Shown one piece after another: positions 18,692 through 28,335 of a DNA stretch of 64,000 bases. Position 1 is the first letter of the stretch. Every line of letters begins with the position of its first letter. Made by a program: the position numbers and the translations under genes. The notes below the pieces were generated by a model, which did no database searches, was not told the DNA's origin, and worked only from the letters and a program-made list of their open reading frames with translations. Origin of the DNA: Nitrosarchaeum sp. (GTDB taxonomy: Archaea > Thermoproteota > Nitrososphaeria > Nitrososphaerales > Nitrosopumilaceae); contig OZ245020.1 of NCBI GenBank assembly GCA_965223865.1, positions 544,001-608,000 on the forward strand. The letters are read 5' to 3'.

Positions 18692-19375
18692 TTAACTCCA
18701 TTCAGTCAGTTCTCTTATTTTCTGTCTTGAATCACTTACAAATCTCTTTAAAATTGGTATGTATATTTCAGAAGCATAAGAAATTTCAAATTCTTCATTC
18801 CCATTAATTTTCATAAAAGTAGATGCAATAACTTGGTTTTGGTTAACTTTTGGTTCATTATTTAATTTTCTTTTATTGTTGATAATCTCTAAAAAAATTG
18901 GAAGATTTTTTTTAATTTCGACATTTAATTCCTCTTTAGATCTTAATTTACCATCTGTCAATTTTGCTACAATCTCTTGATTAACATCTTTAGAGTATCT
19001 TTGTTTAGCTCGTATCATTATTTCAATTTTTGGTAATTTGTTAAATTTTTTTTGAAAATCAATTACATCTTTTATAAATTTTGGATAAGGAGGCCTATGC
19101 TCGATTTTATTTTTTTTTTCAAACCAATCTAAAAATTGTAATGCTTTTCCATCTTGTTTTGTCAAAGCTTTTTTGAGAAATTTTCCTTTATCACAATCCA
19201 TTAAAACAAACAAGCCAAAATCATTATTTGCTTCTTCAAAAATTCCATCATATACCTGTTTTACTGATTTGATAAATAAACCAAAAAAATAATTAACATA
19301 AAATGGATCCGGATCAAAATACCTAATCTGGTTTAAATTGAATATGCATTCTTCTATACTCTCTTCAACATTCAT
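18692..19375 (-). CDS. Hypothetical protein
   Basis: 227-aa ORF, ATG start, 5 nt downstream of the upstream gene. Confidence 0.75.
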   Translation of the reverse strand: MNVEESIEECIFNLNQIRYFDPDPFYVNYFFGLFIKSVKQVYDGIFEEANNDFGLFVLMDCDKGKFLKKALTKQDGKALQFLDWFEKKNKIEHRPPYPKFIKDVIDFQKKFNKLPKIEIMIRAKQRYSKDVNQEIVAKLTDGKLRSKEELNVEIKKNLPIFLEIINNKRKLNNEPKVNQNQVIASTFMKINGNEEFEISYASEIYIPILKRFVSDSRQKIRELTEWS

Positions 19376-19380
19376 TATTC

Positions 19381-19764
19381 TTAAGTAGGTTTTTCATTTC
19401 TAAATTTAGATTGTGTTTTTAATTTCATAGATAATTCTTTGAAAATTTCATTAACACTAACATCTACAAGATTTATTGTTGCATTTTCAATTACTATTTG
19501 CTTTTCAAATTTTTCTTTTATTGCAAACGAAACTGATGACCAATGAAGTATTCCCTTTAACTGTTCTTCTACCGTTGCATTTGTAGTTGGAAAGTTTGCT
19601 GGCGAAAATACAATTCCATTCGTCCATTGCATTGTAGGAATAGCTCCTCCTGAAGATCTTGTACTAAATGCAATCTGCTTTACCCAGTCATCAAATTTGT
19701 ATTCAATTACTTCATGAATTACTAATTTTTTCCAAGGTTCAATCGAAATTTCCATTTTATACAA
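19381..19764 (-). CDS. Hypothetical protein
   Basis: 127-aa ORF with globular composition. Confidence 0.75.
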   Translation of the reverse strand: MYKMEISIEPWKKLVIHEVIEYKFDDWVKQIAFSTRSSGGAIPTMQWTNGIVFSPANFPTTNATVEEQLKGILHWSSVSFAIKEKFEKQIVIENATINLVDVSVNEIFKELSMKLKTQSKFRNEKPT

Positions 19765-20313
19765 AGATTATGAACCAATTATAACCGTATTTTTTGAGCT
19801 CAAGCCTATCTCAACATCCCTTGTCTCCCAAAATCTAGATTTTATTTAATTTATTGTATTTTTGATAGAAATCTCAATTGCTTATAAAAAATGTTCCAAT
19901 CAAGTACTTATCTTTACTCTCAAATTATTTAATTTCGACATTTATTTCTCTGAATTCATACTTTCAAATAGGTAATTTAAAATTCTAATGAATAGATTTT
20001 TTATCAAATCTATTTTAAAATTAAATTTAAAATAACCGTTTATAGAATATTTTCTCGATATATCAAATACCATATAATTTGCAAATTCCAATTAAAAATT
20101 TTATTTTTTGCAGTTTGAATATTTCATTAGAATGATCTAATTTATTATGTCAAACTTTACTTGTGATTTGATTATTATATAATTGATTTCTTTACATCCT
20201 CTGTAATTTTTTCATTTTTTAAAAGTATCATGATTTTATCAAAATACTCTTCTTAAATTAAAAATCAGACAATGTTATTGCTTATTTAGTAGAAATTTAT
20301 CAGTTCTTTTTAT

Positions 20314-21375
20314 ATGAGTAAATGGGCAGATTTTGTAATTTCTGAAGTAAGTTATGATTCAAACCATTTAATTTCTAAAGCTAAGCGACACAGAGATTCT
20401 GATAATGGAATAGAGGAAGGAAAAATTGTTGATAGGCTTACTATTGCTTCAGATATAAAAAATGGTTTGTCATACATAACAATTTACAGTGGTCTTTCAT
20501 CTTGGAAACAAGGTCAAAAAATTCGAAAATTTCGGATTGGCGGACAACCTTATCTTAGAATCGATGATAATAAAGTAGAGTTAGACAATTTGGGAGATTT
20601 ACCTCAAGTATTAGATACTCCAGAACCAATTGCTGAGGAAGAAGCTACTCCAGAACCAATTGCTGAGGAAGAAGCTACTCCAGAACCAATTGCTGAGGAA
20701 GAAGCTACTCCAGAACCAATTGCTGAGGAAGAAGCTACTCCAGAACCAATTGCTGAGGAAGAAGCTACTCCAGAACCAATTGCTGAGGAAGAAGCTACTC
20801 CAGAACCAATTGCTGAGGAAGAAGCTACTCCAAAACAATTAACCCGATTAGAACAATTAGAAGAACAAATTCAAAAATTAGAATCACAGCCTGAAAAACC
20901 ACTTCCCAGTCCAAGAGGTTCACTTCCCAAAGAAGCAGCAAAAGAGCTTCCACAAGAACTAGATCTTGCTCCAGAACCAATTGCTGAGGAAGAAGCTACT
21001 CCAGAACCAATTGCTGAGGAAGAAGCTACTCCAGAACCAATTGCTGAGGAAGAAGCTACTCCAGAACAATTAACCCGATTAGAACAATTAGAAGAACAAA
21101 TTCAAAAATTAGAATCACAGCCTGAAAAACCACTTCCCAGTCCAAGAGGTTCACTTCCCAAAGAAGCAGCAAAAGAGCTTCCACAAGAACTAGATCTTGC
21201 TCCAGAACCAATTGCTGAGGAAGAAGCTACTCCAGAACAATTAGAGACTATAAGTGAATCAGAAAATGAAAATAAAAAAATCGAGACTACTGAAATTGAG
21301 CATGAAATAATTCGAACATTACGAAAACAAATTCAAAAATTAAATGAGATTGAGAACCAACTTCAAAATCTATAA
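20314..21375 (+). CDS. DUF3892-like N-terminal domain plus acidic tandem-repeat/coiled-coil tail
   Basis: N-terminus WADFVISEVSY...YLRIDDN...DNLGDLP resembles DUF3892; followed by (PEPIAEEEAT)n. Confidence 0.8.
   Translation: MSKWADFVISEVSYDSNHLISKAKRHRDSDNGIEEGKIVDRLTIASDIKNGLSYITIYSGLSSWKQGQKIRKFRIGGQPYLRIDDNKVELDNLGDLPQVLDTPEPIAEEEATPEPIAEEEATPEPIAEEEATPEPIAEEEATPEPIAEEEATPEPIAEEEATPEPIAEEEATPKQLTRLEQLEEQIQKLESQPEKPLPSPRGSLPKEAAKELPQELDLAPEPIAEEEATPEPIAEEEATPEPIAEEEATPEQLTRLEQLEEQIQKLESQPEKPLPSPRGSLPKEAAKELPQELDLAPEPIAEEEATPEQLETISESENENKKIETTEIEHEIIRTLRKQIQKLNEIENQLQNL
20620..21231 (+). repeat. Nested coding tandem repeat A7-B-A3-B-A1
   Basis: A = 30 bp CCAGAACCAATTGCTGAGGAAGAAGCTACT (11 identical copies: 20620-20829, 20971-21060, 21202-21231); B = 141 bp (20830-20970, 21061-21201) differing by about 1 nt. 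Confidence 0.97.
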
Positions 21376-21437
21376 AAATTAGAAAAACCAAATTAACAAG
21401 TAAAGTTTGTAAATCTATCAAATTATTGGAGATTTAA

Positions 21438-21803
21438 TTGAATTTGCAAAAATTAATTGTAATGATTTTGCTAGCAATTAGCATTACCGGATTAATTGGA
21501 ATTCCAATGGGTGATCCAAAATTTTTAATTCAGGCAATCAGTCTTGAATTAATTTTTCTTGTATTAACAATTCTATCTATTAAAAAAATTCGTTATATTT
21601 TGATCCCAAACATAATTATTGGAATAGTTATAATAACAGGAAATACTTTATCATCTCAGCACATTGACATAATGTTTTCTTTTACCCCTTTTGAGAATGC
21701 AGTTATTTTGATTATTGGAGGATATATTCTTCAGGTGCTACTTATCTTTTTAAGCATACTTTTCTTGATAAAAAATAATTCAATTAAAATTACTAAAAAG
21801 TAA
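21438..21803 (+). CDS. Small integral membrane protein (about 4 TM)
   Basis: Hydrophobic 121-aa ORF. Confidence 0.7.
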   Translation: MNLQKLIVMILLAISITGLIGIPMGDPKFLIQAISLELIFLVLTILSIKKIRYILIPNIIIGIVIITGNTLSSQHIDIMFSFTPFENAVILIIGGYILQVLLIFLSILFLIKNNSIKITKK

Positions 21804-21807
21804 GTTT

Positions 21808-22293
21808 CTAAATTTGGTTTGTTTGCCAAGCTTCATTGAATCGTTTAATGGCTTCTTGGTAAGCCTTAATTGAATCATCGCCGGAAGTTTTTAGAAATTT
21901 TTCCCATTGATCGTTAAATTTTTTGATAGATTCAATGTTTGTTTCCTTGAAAATATTTTCAATCATTTTTTTCTGTTGTTTGATGTATTCTGGTCCGATT
22001 TCTTCCCAAGTCTCTTCCCAACTTGAACTAACTTTTCTCAACAACTCTGTATCTGATTCAAGAGCTTTTTGACAAGCATCATGATATGTCATTAATGTAT
22101 CATTTGTGGCTTTTTGCCATTGAGCAAGAGACTCTTTCCATACGCTTAATGCAGTATTATATTCCCTCCAAGCTTTTTCAAATTCTGGTTTTGATGAAGA
22201 TCCTGATTTTTTCTTTGATTTTGCTACTGGTTTTTTTTCTTTTGATTCTTTTCTTTCTGTTTTCTTGGTAACCGTATCTTTTTTGGCAGCCAT
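21808..22293 (-). CDS. Lys-rich tail plus Trp-rich amphipathic domain; paralog of 17062-17475
   Basis: KKFNDQWEKFLKTSGDDSIKAYQEAIKRFNEAW aligns with KQFAENWQKTFSSSGMEQMQAYGEIMKKFAETW. Confidence 0.78.
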   Translation of the reverse strand: MAAKKDTVTKKTERKESKEKKPVAKSKKKSGSSSKPEFEKAWREYNTALSVWKESLAQWQKATNDTLMTYHDACQKALESDTELLRKVSSSWEETWEEIGPEYIKQQKKMIENIFKETNIESIKKFNDQWEKFLKTSGDDSIKAYQEAIKRFNEAWQTNQI

Positions 22294-22616
22294 AACTTTG
22301 TTTTAAAATAGTAGATGTTAAATCTTTCAATAATTCCAAGTATTAAAAATCTTCATTACGAATTTTCATTTAAATTTTGAAGCCTTGGTAAAATTTACCT
22401 TATGTTTTTCATCCTTATTTAGGAATAATTTATAATGATATTCACAAAGATTTCTTTTTTCTTTAAATCCAATATTTACTAACTCGAAAGATTTCATTTT
22501 GCACTCTGAAATACTACAATACACGTTCCTTTCTATTTTTATTAATTTATAAAATTTTGAAATTGTATTATTACCAATATTGCTAACTTTTTATGATTCT
22601 AGACTAACAAAAAATC

Positions 22617-22826
22617 ATGTCTGAAGATGAAAAAGGAAAACGATTCTTAGAATTAATTGATAAACAAAACAATATTCAATGGAGCATTATTTCAAAGTTA
22701 AATGCACTAGTAAAATCAGAATGGAATTCAACAAGTATCAAAAATGAACTTGAATCATTAGTTAATCAACACTCTGAAATAACAAAAGAATTGAACAGCT
22801 TGGATCAGAAAAACAGTCTTCTATAA
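22617..22826 (+). CDS. Small helical hypothetical protein
   Basis: 69-aa ATG ORF with heptad pattern and TATA-like element upstream. Confidence 0.65.
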   Translation: MSEDEKGKRFLELIDKQNNIQWSIISKLNALVKSEWNSTSIKNELESLVNQHSEITKELNSLDQKNSLL

Positions 22827-23750
22827 TGCCGAATCAATCATTAATGCTATAAATAAAACTGCCAAGTATGGACTAGAAAATTTGAATAATGTCCATGATG
22901 CCTTTTCCATTGGTTTTGCTATTACCCATACAGATAAAATTATCATTAAAGCCCCAGAAGCAATAGCAGTCCACAAATATATTGGTCCAACCATTGGATC
23001 TCCATTTTCTGTTGTTAAAAAGAATGGTACGATTGAAAATAATACCATTACAAAAGTTGAAATTGCAATAGTTCTTGCAGATGTTTTCTCAGATTGAACA
23101 GCAGTTAACATTGGAACATTAACTTTGTTATAATCTTCTTTGAAATGCAAAGTTAGAGCCCAAATATGCATTGGAATCCATATGAAAACTAATCCTGCCA
23201 TAACCAATCCCATTGTCCATAAATCCGACATTGTCACAGCAACCCAACCAATCATTGGAGGAGACCCACCACATAATCCTCCTAAAATTATATTGGTCCT
23301 TGAGTTTCGTTTAAGTGCGTACGAATACACGAGAACATTGTTTAATAAACCAAATGCGATAAAGGCCGTAGCCCAAGCGCCTTGTTCTAACGTAGTCGTA
23401 AACGAAATTCCAAATGCTAATACAAGTGATATTCCCGCCAAAGCTAATCCAAAGTTTCTTGCTTTTTCAGCTGGATAGATCCTTTTTGATGGAAGCGGTC
23501 TTCCTTTTGTTCTTTCCATGATTGCATCTATGTCTCTATCATGATAATTTGTCAAAGTATTTGCAGCTGCAGAACCTGCTGCAACGGAAAACAACATTAA
23601 GATCCATGTTGCAGGTGACACCTCAATATCATAGATATTAGCTGCAGTTAGGGTTGCCCCAAAAGCAGTAAAAACAAGTAGATACCATATCTTTGGTTTT
23701 GTTAACTCATAATAAACTGCAATACGGGATTCTGATTTTTGTTTCTGCAC
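22821..23750 (-). CDS. ctaB: Protoheme IX farnesyltransferase (heme o synthase)
   Basis: ELTKPK, DRDIDAIMERTKGRPLP, WIPMHIWAL, DYNKVNVPML motifs. Confidence 0.95.
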   Translation of the reverse strand: MQKQKSESRIAVYYELTKPKIWYLLVFTAFGATLTAANIYDIEVSPATWILMLFSVAAGSAAANTLTNYHDRDIDAIMERTKGRPLPSKRIYPAEKARNFGLALAGISLVLAFGISFTTTLEQGAWATAFIAFGLLNNVLVYSYALKRNSRTNIILGGLCGGSPPMIGWVAVTMSDLWTMGLVMAGLVFIWIPMHIWALTLHFKEDYNKVNVPMLTAVQSEKTSARTIAISTFVMVLFSIVPFFLTTENGDPMVGPIYLWTAIASGALMIILSVWVIAKPMEKASWTLFKFSSPYLAVLFIALMIDSAL

Positions 23751-23752
23751 TG

Positions 23753-24220
23753 CTAGTCACTATCCTTTGATGGCATATATGGCATTGCTTTTGCTCGTGT
23801 TTTCATCTCTATGAATGACTCTGATGATTGTATGCCATCTATTCGTCCTATGCGTTCTGAAACCATTTTGTGCATCTGATCTAGAGATCTCGCATACATA
23901 GTTACTAGAATATCAAATCTACCAGTAACTTCAGCAATCTCCCTTACACCCTCAATTTTAAAAAGTTCATCAATAACATGATCTCTTTTCTTAGTATCCA
24001 TATTTATTCCAGTCAATGCTTTTACATTGTAACCTAGCTCAGCATCATTAACAACTATTGTAAATCGCTCAATTAACTTTCGTTTAACAAGTCTTTTGAT
24101 TCGAGAATATACCACAGACGAATTTATATTGATTTTTTTTGAAAGTCTTGGAACTGAAATTGATGCATCATTTGATAATTCAGATAAAATTTGTAAATCT
24201 AAATCATCAACTTTGACCAT
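23753..24220 (-). CDS. Lrp/AsnC family transcriptional regulator
   Basis: DDLDLQILSEL HTH plus EVTGRFD effector domain. Confidence 0.92.
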   Translation of the reverse strand: MVKVDDLDLQILSELSNDASISVPRLSKKININSSVVYSRIKRLVKRKLIERFTIVVNDAELGYNVKALTGINMDTKKRDHVIDELFKIEGVREIAEVTGRFDILVTMYARSLDQMHKMVSERIGRIDGIQSSESFIEMKTRAKAMPYMPSKDSD

Positions 24221-24289
24221 TAAAATCCCTGAGACGATCTAGATTTCTGGTTCTTATAAAGTTATTATTGAAAAAATTGCAAAAAATTT

Positions 24290-25366
24290 CTAGATTTTTC
24301 CTTTTTTGTAAAGCATTTCAGCCAACAAAACAGCACCTTTAGCTGAACCCATTTTCTTGTTGTGTGAAAATAGCATATACTTTAGGCCATTATCAAATAA
24401 TTCTTCTTTTTCAACTCTACCAATAGTTGTAGTCATTCCTCCACCGATCTCTCTTTCTATTCTTGGTTGTGGTCGTGTGGGATCTTCATGAAATGCATAA
24501 TAGTCTTTTGGTGCTGAAGGCAAACCTGCTACTGATATGTCTTTGTTGTATTGATTATAGGTATCCTTTGCTAAAGTTGGATCAATCTCCTTTTCTGTTT
24601 CAACAAATACTGATTCAGTATGACCATCAATAACTGGCACACGTGTACATGTACAACTTACTCTAATGTCTGCCTCTTCAATCTTACCATCTTTTAATTT
24701 GCCCAAAATCTTTCTTGTTTCGGTTCTAACTTTATCCTCCTCCTTTGGAATGTAAGGAATTATGTTATCAGTAATTCCCATTGCAGATACACCAGTTTTT
24801 CCACCACCTGAAATAGCTTGCATTGAAGTCATCATGACTTTCTTTGCACCATATTTTTCAAGTAATGGTTTTAGTGTTATCGCAAGACCCGTTGTAGTAC
24901 AATTTGGAAGTGGTGCTACCCAACCTTTCCAATTACGATTCTTCTTTTGTGTCTCAAGAAGTTCTACTTGTTCATCATTAATACCTGGAATTAAAATCGG
25001 AACATCCTCTTCATATCTATAAGCGGAACTGGTTGAAATTACAGGAACTTCAGCTGCAACTTTAGTTTCAATATCTCTTGCAGCAACTGATTCAATTGAT
25101 GAAAACACCAAGTCTAGATGTGAAGTATCTAACTCGTCAATTTTTTTTACCGTCATATCTTTGATATATTCTGGAATCTCTCCACCAACATCCCATGCAA
25201 CAATTCCACTTTCATTTCTTATGGCGTCCAGATATTTTTTACCAGCAGTACGCTCAGATGCAGCAATTTGAGTTACCTCAAACCATGGGTGATTATGTAA
25301 AGATTGAACAAATTCTTGGCCCACAGCACCAGTTACGCCTATGATTGCTACTCTTTTCTTCTCCAT
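24290..25366 (-). CDS. asd: Aspartate-semialdehyde dehydrogenase
   Basis: GVTGAVGQ, PNCTT, QAISGGG, RVPVIDGH motifs. Confidence 0.93.
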   Translation of the reverse strand: MEKKRVAIIGVTGAVGQEFVQSLHNHPWFEVTQIAASERTAGKKYLDAIRNESGIVAWDVGGEIPEYIKDMTVKKIDELDTSHLDLVFSSIESVAARDIETKVAAEVPVISTSSAYRYEEDVPILIPGINDEQVELLETQKKNRNWKGWVAPLPNCTTTGLAITLKPLLEKYGAKKVMMTSMQAISGGGKTGVSAMGITDNIIPYIPKEEDKVRTETRKILGKLKDGKIEEADIRVSCTCTRVPVIDGHTESVFVETEKEIDPTLAKDTYNQYNKDISVAGLPSAPKDYYAFHEDPTRPQPRIEREIGGGMTTTIGRVEKEELFDNGLKYMLFSHNKKMGSAKGAVLLAEMLYKKGKI

Positions 25367-25448
25367 GTCTTATTCAATACAAATTTCAATTAATAATCGT
25401 TATTAGCATTACCAAAAGATACTATATTGCATAATCTTACTTGGAATT

Positions 25449-26531
25449 GTGAAAATAAAGGCAAAACCTTCGATCGAGGCACATAACCCAGTTATTCATG
25501 GGGGAATATTCTCAAAAAATCTCCCTTATTCTGGAATTTTGGATTTCAGTTCCAACTTGACACCATTAGGAATACCTGATCAAGTAAAAAGAACTATAAA
25601 AAATAAAATTGAAAAAATTGAAAACTATCCAGACATTAATTCTTCTGAATTACTATTATCCCTCAGAAAATATACCAAACTATCAGAATTAAACTTGATA
25701 GTTGGAAATGGAGCAATAGAAATCATATATGATTTTTGCAATGCCTTTTTATCAAAGAATACTCCGGTATTGATTCCCATTCCTACATTTGGCGAATATG
25801 AAGCAGCTTCAAAATTACATACTTCAAAAATCTCATTTTTTAAAACAATGGACTTGACAAAAAATCTAAATTTATTTATTTCAAAAATACCCAAGAATGG
25901 CTGTATCTTTATTTGTAATCCAAACAATCCTACAGGAAAATTAATTTCAAAAAAAAATTTACTTCAAATAGTTCGTAGAGCAAAAAAACAAAATTGCATA
26001 ATCTTTGTTGATGAATGCTTTATAGAATTAGTACCACAATCTAATGAATCAATAATTTCAAATGTGACAAAATTTGATAATCTAGTTGTTCTTAGATCCC
26101 TTACAAAATCCTTTGGACTTGCTGGTATTAGAATTGGATATGCTGCATCATCAAAGTATTTTATTTCTATTTTGAAAAAAATCAAAATACCTTGGAGCGT
26201 AAACTCTATGGCTCAACTTGCAGGAATATATGCATTAAAAAATAAATCTCATATTACTAAATCAAATAATATTATAAAAAAAGAATATGATTTTTTAAAA
26301 AATAAAATTACAATGATTGATGGATTTGAATGTCTTGATTCCTCTACAAATTTTATTTTAATAAAAACAAAACAAGATTCAACAAAATTACAAAAAAAAT
26401 TACTTGAAAAGCAAGTCTTCATACGAGATTGCAAAAATTTCCGTGGACTGGATAAGCATTTTATTCGAGTTGCAGTGAAATCCCATAAAGACAATCTTAG
26501 ACTTGTAAAAACATTAGAGGAAATCAAATGA
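25449..26531 (+). CDS. cobD: Threonine-phosphate decarboxylase CobD
   Basis: HGG, DFSSN, NPNNPTG, SLTKSFGLAGIRIGY, IRDCKNFRGL motifs; heads the cob cluster. Confidence 0.85.
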   Translation: MKIKAKPSIEAHNPVIHGGIFSKNLPYSGILDFSSNLTPLGIPDQVKRTIKNKIEKIENYPDINSSELLLSLRKYTKLSELNLIVGNGAIEIIYDFCNAFLSKNTPVLIPIPTFGEYEAASKLHTSKISFFKTMDLTKNLNLFISKIPKNGCIFICNPNNPTGKLISKKNLLQIVRRAKKQNCIIFVDECFIELVPQSNESIISNVTKFDNLVVLRSLTKSFGLAGIRIGYAASSKYFISILKKIKIPWSVNSMAQLAGIYALKNKSHITKSNNIIKKEYDFLKNKITMIDGFECLDSSTNFILIKTKQDSTKLQKKLLEKQVFIRDCKNFRGLDKHFIRVAVKSHKDNLRLVKTLEEIK

Positions 26532-27367
26532 AATCCTTAATGATTCAAGGTACTTCATCAGGGGCAGGTAAAACAATACTTGTTACGGCATTATGCAGGA
26601 TTTTTTCAGACAAAGGATTTTCTGTTGCACCTTTTAAATCCCAGAATATGTCAAATTATTCGTATTTAGGAAAAAATTTTGAAATATCTCGTGCCCAAGC
26701 CATTCAAGCCATAGCTGCAAGATGTGAAATCACGCCTGATCTTAATCCAATCTTACTAAAACCGCTTGGAAATTACTACAGTACGGTATATGTTCATGGA
26801 AAAAGACTTAAGAAAATGCATGCGTCAGAATATTATAAAAAATTTGTAAAAACTAAAGGATTGAATCTAGCTACAAAGTCATTTCATTATTTAAAAAAGA
26901 ATTACGATATAATAATCTTGGAAGGAGCTGGTTCTCCTGCAGAAATTAATCTCGAAAAATTTGATATCGCAAATATGAAAATGGCGGAAAAAGCAAAATC
27001 CCCTGTATTGTTGATTTCTGATATAGATAGAGGCGGGTCATTTGCGAGTATAGTTGGAACATTATCTCTCTTGGATAAACATTATCAAAAACTAGTCAAG
27101 GGTTTTGTACTTAATAAATTCAGAGGAGATGTTAATATCTTAAAGCCCGGATTTAAAAAAATTAAAGAAAAAACAAAACGTCCTATATATGGTGTAATCC
27201 CTATGATGAATTTTGATCTACCTGAAGAAGACTCTCTAAATGTAAAGGCAAAAAATATGTCATGGACAAAAAAAAATATTGATAAAATTGATTTAGAAAT
27301 TCAAAAGATTAGTAAATTGATTATTAAAAATTTGAATATAAAAGAAATTGAGAGGTTAATAGAATGA
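26528..27367 (+). CDS. cobQ: Cobyric acid synthase, synthetase domain only (279 aa)
   Basis: GTSSGAGK, PFKSQNMS, EGAGSPAEIN, DIDRGG, NKFRGD, LPEEDS motifs; ends before any GATase domain. Confidence 0.9.
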   Translation: MKSLMIQGTSSGAGKTILVTALCRIFSDKGFSVAPFKSQNMSNYSYLGKNFEISRAQAIQAIAARCEITPDLNPILLKPLGNYYSTVYVHGKRLKKMHASEYYKKFVKTKGLNLATKSFHYLKKNYDIIILEGAGSPAEINLEKFDIANMKMAEKAKSPVLLISDIDRGGSFASIVGTLSLLDKHYQKLVKGFVLNKFRGDVNILKPGFKKIKEKTKRPIYGVIPMMNFDLPEEDSLNVKAKNMSWTKKNIDKIDLEIQKISKLIIKNLNIKEIERLIE

Positions 27368-28335
27368 TAGTAGAATCAATTTTGGTTATATTTTTTACAC
27401 TCGTGTTGGATTTTTCATTAGGTGATCCAAAAAATAAATTTCATCCAACCGTTTGGATTGGTTCATTAATTGCAAAACTTACACCTCTCTCAAAAAACTC
27501 CTCAATAAATTTAGAAAAGATTGGAGGAATATTTCTTATTTTAACCTCATGTGGAATTGTTTTATCTTTATTGATCTTGTTAGAATTTGGAATTGATCTT
27601 ATCACAGTAGACTATGTTTCAACAATTATTTCTGTTTTTGTTGGAACCATTTTATTAAAGATGACTATTGCCATCAAAGGAATGGAAAGACATGCATTGG
27701 CTGTTCTTGATTGTTTAAAAAGAGGGGATATTTACTCTGCCCGAAATAATCTATCGATGATTGTTAAAAGAAATACAAAAAATTTGGACAAAAATCATGT
27801 GATTTCAGGTGCTATAGAGAGTATAAGTGAAAATACTGTAGATGGTATTACTGCACCCCTATTCTATTTTGGTTTATTTGGTCTTCCAGGCGCGTTTGTT
27901 TATAGAGTAATTAATACTGCAGATTCTATGATAGGATACAAAACAAATATTTTCAAAAATATTGGTTGGTTTGGAGCAAATTGTGACAACATTCTGAATT
28001 TCATCCCTTCAAGACTTACTGCTTTAACAATGATTCTAACTGCGATTATTCTTAAAATCAATTGGAAAGAATCATACAAAATAATGATTAGAGATGGTAA
28101 CAAAACTGAGAGCCCAAATGCAGGATACCCTATGGCAGCTGTTGCAGGTGCATTAGGTAAAAAATTCGAAAAAATTGATCACTATTCACTGGGAGATGGA
28201 GACATAATTTTTTCCGTTGAACATATTAAATCAGCAATTACCTTAATGAAAATTACTTCAATTATTTTTGTAGGAATTGTGGTAGTTCCAATTATTTTGA
28301 TCCTATCTTATTTTGGATGGTGGATTTATGCTTAA
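27364..28335 (+). CDS. cbiB: Adenosylcobinamide-phosphate synthase CbiB
   Basis: GDP...HP, ESISENTVDG, NTADSMIGY, SPNAGYPMAA motifs. Confidence 0.93.
   Translation: MIVESILVIFFTLVLDFSLGDPKNKFHPTVWIGSLIAKLTPLSKNSSINLEKIGGIFLILTSCGIVLSLLILLEFGIDLITVDYVSTIISVFVGTILLKMTIAIKGMERHALAVLDCLKRGDIYSARNNLSMIVKRNTKNLDKNHVISGAIESISENTVDGITAPLFYFGLFGLPGAFVYRVINTADSMIGYKTNIFKNIGWFGANCDNILNFIPSRLTALTMILTAIILKINWKESYKIMIRDGNKTESPNAGYPMAAVAGALGKKFEKIDHYSLGDGDIIFSVEHIKSAITLMKITSIIFVGIVVVPIILILSYFGWWIYA

Noticed and set aside
19765-20313. Long AT-rich region as a replication origin or ncRNA
   Set aside because: No ORB-like repeats or adjacent cdc6/orc1, and no GC-rich structured segment; only weak AT inverted repeats.
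20611-20842. Alternative-frame ORFs (FWSSFFLSNW)n and (LLRKKLLQNQ)n
   Set aside because: By-products of a stop-free 30-bp repeat; they begin and end with the repeat.
20620-21231. 30-bp direct repeats as a possible CRISPR array
   Set aside because: Units are head-to-tail with no unique spacers, are in frame within a CDS, and no cas genes are present.
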